From the NCBI GenBank assembly GCA_037447605.1, contig CM074816.1, positions 2,260,525-2,324,524 of the forward strand: 64,000 nucleotides of DNA. The letters are read 5' to 3'. The position numbers were made by a program, and so were the translations under genes. Below are positions 25,651 through 49,072 of the stretch, one piece after another (position 1 is the stretch's first letter; each line of letters starts with the position of its first letter). The notes beneath the pieces were generated by a model. It did no database searches. It worked only from the letters and a program-made list of their open reading frames with translations, and was not told the DNA's origin. Source of the stretch: Zygnema circumcarinatum SAG 698-1b (Eukaryota; Plantae; Zygnematophyceae).

Positions 25651-27731
25651 CCGCCCGCCCGCCGCCGGCTCGGACCGCGTCCCCGCGCCGCCGCGAACCG
25701 CTGCGCGCCAAAACTGGTTGGACGGGCCGCCCACCGACCTACCAATGTGGACTGACAGCACCGACCTACGGTAAAATAGGGTTTTTAGGGGGCCGCACGG
25801 CGGACGCGCCAACTCGCCGGCCACTCCGCGCAGCGCCATTGGCCGCTGCGCTGGCCCGCGCGACGCGGCCCCCCGGGACCGTCCGATGGAGAAGTGCGAT
25901 CATTTCCGACCGTCGATGCGTTTCAGATTGCGCGCCCGTGCGTCTGTAAAGCGCCAAACTGGCGGCCCCCTCGCCCACCGCGCGTGCAAGTGGTCGCCAC
26001 GCGTCCGCCACACGCCTCGTCCGTATGGCATGCGCTTCGCACGCGCGGGTAAGGGCCCGGAGGCAGGGCCACACTGCCACGTGTGCAGCCACGCCGCCGC
26101 TGGCGGAGCATCGCACGAGAAGCTCGCGCAAGATGCCGCCACGTGTCGCTTCCAGCCGTCCACGCCGGCCAAGCAGCGGCGCGAGCGCCAACCGATGCTG
26201 CGACAAAGCAATCATTGCGGTGCGTGACTCGATTGGCCGGATCCGGATCGGATTTGGAGTGTACAAACGGCCTTGTGTCCGTACCGTCCGGTCCTCGGAT
26301 CTGCCAGTCACATCTTTACGGAACGCAATGATGGAAGGGGTAGCGTACGGAGGGGGAACGCGTGTACGGACGACGGTGGTCCGGCCTTCCGGTCGGCGCC
26401 TATGGCCAAGTGCCAACCGGCTGACTCCACGGCCCGCGGTGGATGTACGAACATTTTGGACGGACACGGACGTCGGCCGTCCCGGTTGCGATGGAGCGGT
26501 TGGCTGCGGTTGCGGTTGCAGTTGCGGTTGCGCCCGGGGCAGGATGGATGGGATGTGCGTCGGACGGATGTCCTTCTCTCTCGCTCTCTCCCTCTTCTCC
26601 TCTTTCCGCATTCTCGACTTGCTCTCTATGCTCTTCTGTTCTCCCCCCCTGGCCTTTTCCCCCACCTCCACCCCCCTCTCTATCTCCCCTGTCTCCCTCC
26701 TCTTTCCCACTCGTTCCCCGCCATTGGTTTCAACTTATTGAAATTCCTTTATTTAAGCGTCGATATCTGAAATTTCAAAAAAAGAGAAACAGACCAGTAA
26801 ACGCGAGGGGCCTCGTTCTGTCGGCCTTCACCTTCACTGCGCGCTGAAGTTTGAGTGCTACAGCCTCTGCGCTTCCCAGGACCAAAAATCGCCTCCTTTG
26901 AGTTTGTTGGTGTGGTGATGAAGAGGGGCGAGCGAGGCCATGAAGTCGTGGACGCAGATACTTCTTCCACCCTCATCTCGTCGGCCGAAGGGAAACCACG
27001 AGGAATACTATATATTTTGGGGAGGGGATGAGAGGAAGAACGCATGCTTTTGTATCGGGCTTTTCCTTTTCCTTTTAGCGTATGTGGTTAGACCCATGAA
27101 TTGATTTTGTTCGGATCCGATTGATCTTTGGTCAACATGGGACCGCAGTACCGTGCGATGCTTTGATGCAGATGCCACGTGTCATACATGCACATTTGGT
27201 GCCACGCATGCACTCCGTGTCGGGGATGCATCACATATTGCATGTTAACCATGCACTGTATGTGGTCAACCACAGTTGGTTAACCGCTATTCGACCGACA
27301 AAACCGTACAATCACGGATGCGTACAGTTTTTTTGTACGGTACGGTCTGGAAACACCTCACGTCCACTGCGAGGCGGGTGTAGTTTTACGGCCAAGCGTT
27401 GTTTGTATGTGAGGCCTGTTCCAGTTGAATTTCAGCGAATGAGTACTCGCCACGTGAATTGTTCGATTGGCAGCGACGTGGCAAGTACCTATTGGTTCAA
27501 TGCTTAGACTGAGTTGAACTGGGCCACGGCTCGTAGAGTCCGCAGCTAGGTCTTTCTGCCGACTAAAACTTCTTGGGTTGGGGTGAGAATACGTCATGTG
27601 CGAACCTGCTATTGGGCGTTGGACCCCTACTCACTTTGTCGTTTAGATCTACAGAAAACTCGGTGACGTAAGCCGGGCGGCAGAAAACCAGGAGGGAGAG
27701 GCTGGAGGGCGCGAGGCGGAGCAGGGCCGCC

Positions 27732-28996
27732 ATGGCGCCCAAGAGGAAGGCCGCCGCCGCTTCAACCAGAGCGAAGCCGGCAAAGCGCGGGAAGGAGGAG
27801 GCCCGAGAGGGGGGGGAAGATGTAGTTCAAGCTTCAACATCAACTGGGACTGCGAGTATCATCATTGAAGCTTGGTACATGATACTGTATTTTAGGGTTC
27901 GTTGGTTGCTGTCTGTAGGGTTTTGAATGGAGAATTCATGGGTTCGAGAATGTATGGAATGCGCTGTAGCATGTGTCACGGTGTGGGTGAAGGTTGAATA
28001 CAGGATGCCTGCTCGTTGGGTATGCAGTTGTGATGATTTTCAGTGAGTATTTTGTCTGCATTGGGCGCATCGCATCGACATTTCAATGAAAAGATATCGT
28101 CATTGAACTAAAATTTATGTTAAATCGCGAGCTCGAGCATACAAATTTTCAGATTGTATTGAACATTCCACCGAGGGAAAGCAATTTTGCAAGGGATCAA
28201 GGTGAATGCACGTTCACTGAATAGGCGAAACTTACGCCGCTTATCGATGAGAACCAAATGATCACCTGCAAAATAATGTCCTTTTAAAATATTTCTTTGT
28301 TTTTTTTTTTTTCCGTCCCGTTTTGATCATCCAACAGCAAGTCATGAGGTGCATTCAAAACTCGAGCAGCCAAGATGGAGAAGTTGCTCAAAGAGGCGGC
28401 TCCCGGTCTCACTGTCTCCATTAATCCGGAAAAGGTGCTCTTATCTCACCCAGCGTTTAGCTTCTCTTTATAATGCATTCAATCGTAAACGCGCACGCAA
28501 AAGAGGGGGGAGAGATGATGGATCCGAGGCACAGGGAGAGAGTATGAGATACAGTGGGAGAGGTATTGATTACAGTGTGTGTTGCTATGTTTGTATTTTT
28601 CCTCCCCTTTTGCTAACTTTGGCAGCCAAGAAAGGGATGCTTCGAGGTGCGAGATGAGTCAGGGACCATCTTCTTATCTCTTCTGGTCAGTACCCTTTTC
28701 TCTCTCTCGCTCTCTCTTTCTTTCTCTCTCTCTCTCTCTCGCCCCCCCATCTCTTTCTCTCCCATCCTCTCTCCCCCATTCGACCATGGGCTATTGAAAT
28801 CCCCACCATCGTCAGAACTTAACCAAGCCTTTACATGGATGAGGGAGGCTCTGAATGGCCCTTGTTTTATAACCTTCGTGCCATTTTCACTCCGCAGGAT
28901 ATGCCGAGACCCTTCACCAAGCTGAAGGCTTTGGACCTAGAAGCGGAGGCAAAGGAAATTTCTGCAAAACTTTCTGAAGCTGCGGAGAAATCGTGA
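27732..28996 (+). CDS. SELENOH: Selenoprotein H (SelT/SelW/SelH thioredoxin-like family), 132 aa, with UGA-encoded selenocysteine
   Basis: Exons 27732-27874, 28338-28434, 28626-28685, 28898-28996 give MAPKRKAAA...IIIEAC-K-S-[TGA 28345-28347]-GAFKTRAAKMEKLLKEAAPGLTVSINPEKPRKGCFEVRDESGTIFLSLLDMPRPFTKLKALDLE...KS*. It has a CxxU motif, a basic N-terminus, an NPEKPRKGCFEV motif and a downstream SECIS. Confidence 0.95.
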
Positions 28997-29020
28997 GGAG
29001 CACTTCACAGCTGAATACGG

Positions 29021-29115
29021 AATGTGAGCGTGAACTGAATGACCTTTTTCAGGGAAAGTCCGCAGACACCTGAAAGAGTGAGCATGGCGACCAGCCATGG
29101 CTTCGCGCTTACATT
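29021..29115 (+). promoter_or_regulatory. Type II SECIS element (selenocysteine insertion sequence) in the SELENOH 3' UTR
   Basis: AUGA 29039-29042 with UGAG 29079-29082 forms the non-Watson-Crick quartet. Helix II is CUUUUUCAGG/CCUGAAAGAG (10 bp, one G-U). Unpaired AAA at 29055-29057; mini-stem GUC-cgca-GAC. Basal helix AAUGUGAGCGUGAA/UUCGCGCUUACAUU (14 bp). Confidence 0.93.
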
Positions 29116-29985
29116 GATGTACTTCAGCATGCGACCTCCTCGCTCTCCCCCTCCTCCCTTCCTCTCTCTCCCTCTCCCTCTCCCACCTCTCCTTCGCCTG
29201 CACACTGCCTTCAGGCATTTCCTAGTATTCACAGTGCATGTAGGTGTGTATTATTTGTACGTGCATGTTCTTTTCCGGACAGATGATATGAAACTCGTGG
29301 TTGCCGAGAATTGTCGATGAGTTCATGGAAGTGGCTACACACTATTGCTACTTTGAGATGCTTTTTAAAATTATATATTGCAGTTGGATTAGGAGTGAGA
29401 TATTGCTAGGATGTTTAACTTCCATATCTGCTTGACAGCTGTATGTTCAAGTATTATGAATGTTTATAATCATCCTGACAGTTAAAGTAAACATGGAATA
29501 TCGTCATCTTTGCGGCGATGAGACGATGGAAACATGCAAGTGCGTATTTTTATCAGGAATGTTTGTTGAGTTGTGGCAATAACACTCTAAAACATGTGCA
29601 AGGTTCTGCCACGAGCGCATTTGTATTGCGCCCTCAACGGATACACCCACCCTCAAGTTTCCTCATCACGAGTACAAAAAACGAAGGGATGTAACACAAG
29701 GCCTGTTCCATCTATCGATGTAAAAAAACTTTTTGTCGACCAACAGCTTTGCTTTAACGTGCGAATTATTGGAAACCTACTTTTCCATGGAGTCAGCCTC
29801 GCAACAAACCAAACTAAACTGATTGCGACAAGAATTCCCATTTCTTCGTTTTCCCAAAATAAATAAGATAAACCATGGTCTCCTCCAGGTTTTATGATTT
29901 TTTTTCATAGGACGCCGATAACTTAAAAGGCCTTTAAGCAGAAAGCAAAGCCTTCAAAGAGACCACTTTGCTGATGGCGATGCCA

Positions 29986-31242
29986 TCACTCGGAAAACCT
30001 GCACAGCAGTAAACCGAACAATCAGGTCACACGAACAAACCCCATCAAGTTACATTGGAAGTTCGTGACATTACAGCGATTAACAACACTCATGTTTTGA
30101 CGTTGCATCCATATCGCCACCCCAGTAGTTAATCATAGTAATATTTAGAGGGGTGCCATGTTATTATGGAAACCAAAAATTGACAACCGATATGACCTAC
30201 AGACCGACATACCAACCAACTTGCGAGCAGGCAGAGGCTTACCCGAGTTCAGAGAGCTTCTGGTGTGCCTCGGCGTAGTCACGGAAGAAAGCGTCCTCAT
30301 CCTGCTCACCACATAAGAAAGTTCGAGCATTCAATGTTTATGAAAGTTCGAGTTCGGAAGAGCGTAGTTGTTTGTACTGAAGGTTTATTCCACATGCTGC
30401 AACATGGACGGAGTTGAGAAACAGATTCAGACTTGACGAACTATGTTACTGATCACACTTGTCAGCTTCATGTTCCATGTGGCAGTTATCAGCTCTAGGT
30501 AACGGCACAAACATTAGCATAGATCTCCACGTATTCGCGGAAGAGGGGGTCTTCCACCAGTGCCTTGTCCGAAGGGAGAACCAAAAGACCGTCGGACTCG
30601 CCCTGGAGCAGTTCCCTGCATCACTCAGTTCCCAGTTTCCGTTCCGTTAACACTGAACAAAACACATGTGTACAGTGTTGGAACCCAAAATCCAAAATCA
30701 GATATTTCTTCCCATTTTCTATCGATTAGGGTTTGAAAATGTGGAGAAGAACTAAAAAAAACATCAGAGTTAAGAATGTTTTTTCTCTTCTTCTTATTTT
30801 TTACAAACTTACACAAAGTAGGAGTTGTCGAACAGAAGCGGCTTCTTAGTCCACGCTCCCTCAAAGCCGGACCGCTCCTTGTGGGCTCGGCCCTGAAGAT
30901 GAACGGAAATACGATGAGAAACTCTACAGGTACAAAGTTTCAAGCATACATGAAAACTGATTCTCCAATGGGACTGAAACTATGCACCATAAATATGTGC
31001 ATAGCGCATCAGACCTCTTATTCCCTCTTCTCCTTCGCCGCCAAAATTCACTTGCACCATGGCCACATTGTGGAAATGCTCGAGATACAGATGGGCATAG
31101 AGAAGAAAAGGAGGAGAACAACAAGTGCAGAGAGTGGACTAGGGAGGGAGAGAGGGAGAGCAAGAGTGAGAGATGAAGAAGGAAGAGGAGAGTGGGGTGG
31201 GAGAGGGAGAGGGAGGGGGAGAGAGAGAAGGAGAGAGAGAGT

Positions 31243-31275
<33 letters not shown>

Positions 31276-33398
31276 CGAGTGAGAGAGAGAGGGGGGGGGG
31301 AGAGAGGGAGAGAGCCATACCAGAGTGTGGGCACCAGAAAGGGCAACAATCTCCTTGTCGCCCAAACCCATGTGTCCGAACACATCACGGAGGTGGTCGG
31401 AACCTGCGGGGCGCAAAAAAAAGGCCTTTACTTCCCCTACATCTTCACCCTTGACAAAAGCAGGCTGCTTTATAATTCGATAAATGTTGTTAGTAATTGA
31501 TTGTGTTTTAAGCCTTCTATAAGCAGGAAAACTAACTTAGTTCTTAAGTATTATAAATTGCTCTAAAGAAGGGAAAAAGGCGCACCCTTTGTGGCGTCAG
31601 GGAGACGGCCCTCCTCTGGGGTCTTCAACTCGTCCTGTCCAATGAGTAAGGACAAAGAGTCAGATTATTTCAGGCTTCGGACTGACATTCAAGCTATCAA
31701 AAGAATACTCAAACGCCGAATGTGAGAGACCAGCTCAAGTTGATCACGATTAACTAAAATATTTATTTCAATGCTGTAGTTTATTTGGTGATGTTTACCT
31801 TCCTGCCCGGGTTGAACTCAATTGTGGGTCCACCGGTGATTTCCACAGCCACAACACCCGCCAGCTGTACATTCCAGGTTCAAGAAAAAGCTGGGTCAGT
31901 AAAGGCATTGGATCCAACTAAAATAGTAGGAGCAGACGGAGGAAGTAACACGTACGGGCAAGTCAGCAAAGGGGAAGAGAGTGGGAGAGAGAAGTAGACC
32001 GATCGTCGGAGGGAGTGCGAGCAAAGGAGATCAAGGGGCAAAAGGAGGTAGAAGAGTACAAGTATCATAATCATAATCTGTATCATAATACCACACAGCC
32101 GACCTCACCATTCCCAAACACACCAAAGCCCCACCCCTTCAGGAAAGTCCGAACAGACTCAAAATCCAAAAAGTTCGCACAACCGCCAACGCCCAGCCCT
32201 TCAGAAAATACCCAACAAAATTATTTAAAAGAACAAACGGGCCGAAAGGACCAAGAGTGCCCGAGACTGATTAAGTGGGCCCCGTCGGCACCTGGTAGAG
32301 GTCGGCGTATGTGATGATGGGGAACATCTCCTTGACCGGCTCAAGGAATTCGACGGCCCAGATCAGCCCGGCGTTGGCGCCGTGCGCGAGCTCCTCGGCG
32401 TTCTTCATGCTGCCGTTGGGCCCGCCCGTCTTCGTCTTCACGTCGTACGTGCCGCAGGAGTGCCATCTGCACAAGGAGAGAGAGAGAGAGGGAGAGGGAA
32501 AGGGAGCGGGAGAGGGAGAGGGAGAGGGAGAGGGGAAGGGAGAGAGAATGTGAAAATAAGCCGACGCTTCAATCAATACACGAGCCAAACAGCCATCTAC
32601 CAACCAGCACAAATCAAACAGACAAATCAAACAAATAGCAAGTATCAAGTTCACAATGTAGAGAAATAAGTCGGCATCCAAAACTTTTGGGCAATGCAGC
32701 TCTATTCTGCGGATCGGGACGTTAGAATTCTTTAAGTTCATTCTCAAAAGGGGCAAATCAACACCGCATATAAAGGAAAGCTGGCACAGAGAGAGAGAGG
32801 GAATTGAGGAAAACAGACAGGAGGGTGGTGGAGGGAGAGACCGACATGGGGGAGAGATAGCGAAACAGGAGAAAGAGAAGAAGTGAGGGAGAGAGGTAAG
32901 GCAGAGAGAGAGAGATAGAGAGAAAGACTTACGCAAGACGGACCATGATGGGCGCGCAGTTCTTCTCTGCACAGCACCGACAGAAGAGCAATGCCACTTT
33001 AATACACAACTGGCCTCTGTATCTCTCTCTCTCTCTCTCTTCTCTTCTTCTCTTCTCTCTCTCTCTCTCTCTCTCTCTTACTTCCTCTCCTTTCTTCCTC
33101 GTCTCCTCCCTCACTTCCTTCACATAGCATCTCTCGCTTCTACTTTTCATCCTACCACAATCTCTCCCTCTCACCCCCTCTTCCCCCACGCTGTCCTGTC
33201 CTTCCCTGTCCCTCTCGCCCTTTCCCTTCCTCTACGCTCCGCTCTCCATAACCCCTCTCTCTCTCTCTCCTCCCTCCCACTCTCCCCCCCCCCTTTCTTT
33301 CTCTCCCATTGTCCCGGACCTGCGATGAGTCCCCGCAGCTTCCTCGTTGCCTTCTCTATGGCCACCTTGTACTCGTCACTCACTACGGGGTAGCCCAT
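29986..33398 (-). CDS. APX: Cytosolic L-ascorbate peroxidase, 246 aa, 10 exons
   Basis: Exons 33398-33320, 32966-32933, 32466-32292, 31864-31799, 31634-31586, 31403-31321, 30892-30813, 30615-30513, 30301-30243, 29998-29986. Motifs [62 protein letters not shown]. No transit peptide or C-terminal TM segment. Confidence 0.96.
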
Positions 33399-34889
33399 GG
33401 CGGCGAGGTGAGGGAGAGAGCGAGAGAGAGAGAGAGAGTGTGAGAGAGAGATAGTGTGTGTGTGAAGGGGAGAGTAGAAATGGAACGTGAGCGAGCGGAG
33501 CCAATACTTAAGCCCAGGGGGACAACGCCTCGTACGGCCTAGATTTGGTGTAATAATTTACGCAATTTCCAAAGGCCCAGCCGCCCGGAGCCACACGTGC
33601 GGCGGGCAATCCGTGGCTGAAAAAGTGCCACGCAGCGCCTCTAAAGGGCGGACAAAAATATTTTTGTCGAACGGGCAGCGGCCTGATATTGCTTTTGAAG
33701 GATTTGGGATCGCCGGGCAGATGATTGAAATGTGTCGGTGGAAAATAGTCGATTTTTTGTGGAAGGACCAAGCGTGGAAATATTTGTGACTTTGTTCGGG
33801 CAAAGATAACGTCATGTTCGCGGGGAACAACCAATCACGTACGCACATCACACTTGCATTTATTTTGATTGGATTTGGAACCGAAAATGGTGGGAAAAAT
33901 TCGACTTGAAATGTTTGTCCTTTGGCAGTAAATATTTTTGCGAGGCCGGTCTTGGGACGGCGCAGGATAAACGGCTTGTGGCGGACACGCGCTCGACGCC
34001 AACGTGGCGGCGGCTCTGGAACCTTCACCGGGACAAGACCAGTATCGCAGTAACAATTGGATCTCTGAAATTTACGACTTTCGGGGAAAAAATCTGCAGT
34101 TCTTTTGCCGGCAAGGCTTGATAAATTTGACCTTCCCCTATTGGAAACTACAATTTATAAAAGCCAATGGAAATTTGCCACGTGTACAATAATTTGACGT
34201 GGTCGCCAGTCATTCGTTGAGACTGCACTTTTAATTTTATGTTGGAGAAGTTCAAATTTGGGAGGTGGCCTTATTCCATCGCAAACATTATTTTTTAAGA
34301 ATAAAAGAATCTATCGTGGCTGACGCTGATTGGTCGATGTCCTGAGAACGGTAATATCTTCAACGATTCGGGCACAAAAAAACATTCTATTCTCACCGCG
34401 GCCTCCAATCGACCAATGAGAGCGCGCCGTGACTCCCTTCACCCGTGCGAGAGGGCCTCCGGATGGCTCCGCCGCGCGTGGCTGGCGCGCGCCCACGCTG
34501 ACTCAGATCGGGGGAGCAGCACCGACAAAAACTGCGACGCAACGCTCAACTGCTACCATTTTCATGAATAAATCAAAAATCCACCTTTTCCTTGCCAGTA
34601 AGATCATCCATGCTATAACTGGATTTCTACATGTGGTCCCAGTTCCAGTTCCATCCCGTAATGCTCAGTCCATCAAGGAACTTGACAGTTTCGGCTGTCG
34701 TCACGGTTCTATGCGTGAAAAGTTGGATTGTAGAACGAATTCCGGAACAGAACGCAGCGCGAGACAACAGGGAGAAGCAAACCTTTCCCTCTTCATTTCG
34801 GAGGGGGGCTCCGACTCCATATCCCTCCCTCTTCTCCGCCATCCCTGCCCTGCGCCACTCCCTCCCCTGCGCCTCTCCCTCCCGCCGCC

Positions 34890-47070
<12,181 letters not shown>

Positions 47071-47767
47071 GATTTGTAAAGACGCCCTTTACAGGAGAGA
47101 AAAATAAGATTTGGAAAATTTTGCCACGTCTGTTAGAATAGATCCTTGCTTTCTGCTTCCAGTTTCTGTCACATGGAACGATGTGAAACACATGGAACTT
47201 TAGGAACAGACTATGATTCGTCCAGTATCTGCGCGACGGCTTTTTCTTCTCCTTGAAGCGGTACAGTATTCTGGAACACGTGGCCAGTTAACAAAATAAA
47301 TAAACAACGCAATAAAATGAGGAAAGTTAACATCCACAAGTAGGAGACGTGCATGCTTGCTCGAGGTTGGTTTCAAATGAAACCTCACGAGATCTGAGAA
47401 AATGTGTTGAAACATTAATCTAGTGTTATTGCACATTTGGGGGACTTCCAAAACTTAGACAACAGAGCGATTTGGTTTCCGCAATTGCAGAAAGTTAATC
47501 AATATTACATGGAGAGAAAGGAAAAGGCGGACATGAGAGACTCAATTGCCATGTCCATAACTAAATAGGGTTGATCTATCGGAGCACAAAGCGACTCTAA
47601 ACCTTCTTCAGCGTTCTGAACTTCGGGTAAGGAAAGCAATGGACTGGCGGATCGACGAGTTTTCAATGTATTACGACAACAAGAGGCCAACCTTCGGGCC
47701 ATTCTGCCTGCTTCAGAGTGTAGAGCGGATGTACAATGAAAGAATGGATGAAGGGCGAAGGGTGCGG

Positions 47768-48416
47768 TCATTGGTTCATGTTCGAATCGCTGCGGCGGTC
47801 CGTCAAACTGTCGTTGAACTGCGGGCGGTTGCGGCACATGCTCACTTGGCGGCCCAACTCGTCGATGTGCGACTGCAGCTGCTTGTTCTCGATTTCAAGG
47901 CGATGGTTCTCGGCTGTTATGTCCATCACCATCTGCACATCATCATCATCATCATCATCATCATCAGTTGCTACGCAAACATGCAGAGTTGCACTCTATG
48001 ACAGGCTCAATAATCGCATGCGAATGTCACTTTCTAAACTTCTCTCGAACCAAAATTGAAGCAAGAGTAGAGCATACATGCCTGTGTGGAAGGGGCGGGG
48101 GGAGGGAGAGCGGGGGCAGGACAGGGAGAGGGGGAGAGGGACAGAGAGAGAGAGAGGGAGAGAGAGGGCCTGGGGAAAGAAACCTTGAACCCTAATCCCA
48201 GTCCGCCAGGCCCACCCTCAAACCCTAAACCCGCTAAACCCTGAGCCCCTCCCTCCCTCCCTCCCCCCGTACCTTATCCGTCCTGCGCTCCACCCGGGGC
48301 GCCACGTGGCGCTCCTGCTGCCGCGCCACGTGGCGGCTCTCCAGCCTCTGCCAGTCGCGGTGCGCCGTCAGCATCAACAGCAGCAGAATGGTTCCGAGCG
48401 TCGCGCGCCGCGTCAT
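47768..48416 (-). CDS. Small two-exon orphan protein (102 aa): N-terminal hydrophobic helix plus C-terminal coiled coil
   Basis: Exon 48416-48273 (MTRRATLGTILLLLMLTAHRDW...RTDK, donor GTACGG) and exon 47932-47768 (acceptor GTGCAG; MVMDITAENHRLEIENKQLQSHIDELGRQVSMC...MNQ*). Phase 0 junction and heptad pattern. No homology evidence. Confidence 0.55.
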
Positions 48417-49072
48417 TCTGCCACGCGGCGGGCTCACAGAATGCCACGTGTCACGAGGGCTGACACATGGCACCTGAGATGACACTGGAGTGACACGTGG
48501 CTGGATGGCAGTTTCGGGCCATGCGGAGGGAGGGGGAGTGCCACAAAAGGACAAAGTACCGTACGGAGGGCGAGCACCCTTACGGATGACTTTCATGTAC
48601 GGAATGCCGTCAAGTCGGTATAGTATCGAGGCATCTAATTCGACATATCTCGATATTTATATCGATATATGTGCAGTATTGTGTTCCGTACAGTATGTGT
48701 TCATCACAATTCACAATCTGTTGTGTACGGATGGACTGTACGGGTATGTTCGGGAGGCCTCCCTTTTCCAGCCTTTCCTCCTGGGGGGCCGCATCCAGCT
48801 GTTCGCGCCTTCACTCGCGGACGCCGGCGCAGACCGGGGGAGGGTAACCCACAAATACCTTCAGAAAATGAAGATTTTTAGAGTCTAACAAAGCGAAATT
48901 AGTTGCTGAGTTAATAAAAAAAAAATAAAAAAATAAAATGCAAGCATAATTTCTTGTGGGAATTTTCCCGTATTAATGGTCTTCTTCGTCATCTTGGAAA
49001 CTGATTAATTTCAAACTTTCGCAGCTGCCGGCTCGGGAGCGCGTCTCCTTGCCAGAGGCGCCACGTGGCAAC

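Noticed and set aside
25766-26770. Overlapping 165-314 aa ORFs on both strands
   Set aside because: GC-rich, promoter-like DNA open in several frames, with no domain and no consistent splice model.
28338-28350. Alternative acceptor (AG at 28347-28348) that would skip the in-frame TGA of SELENOH
   Set aside because: It shifts the frame and hits TAA within the exon, destroying the conserved SelH sequence. The SECIS independently supports Sec.
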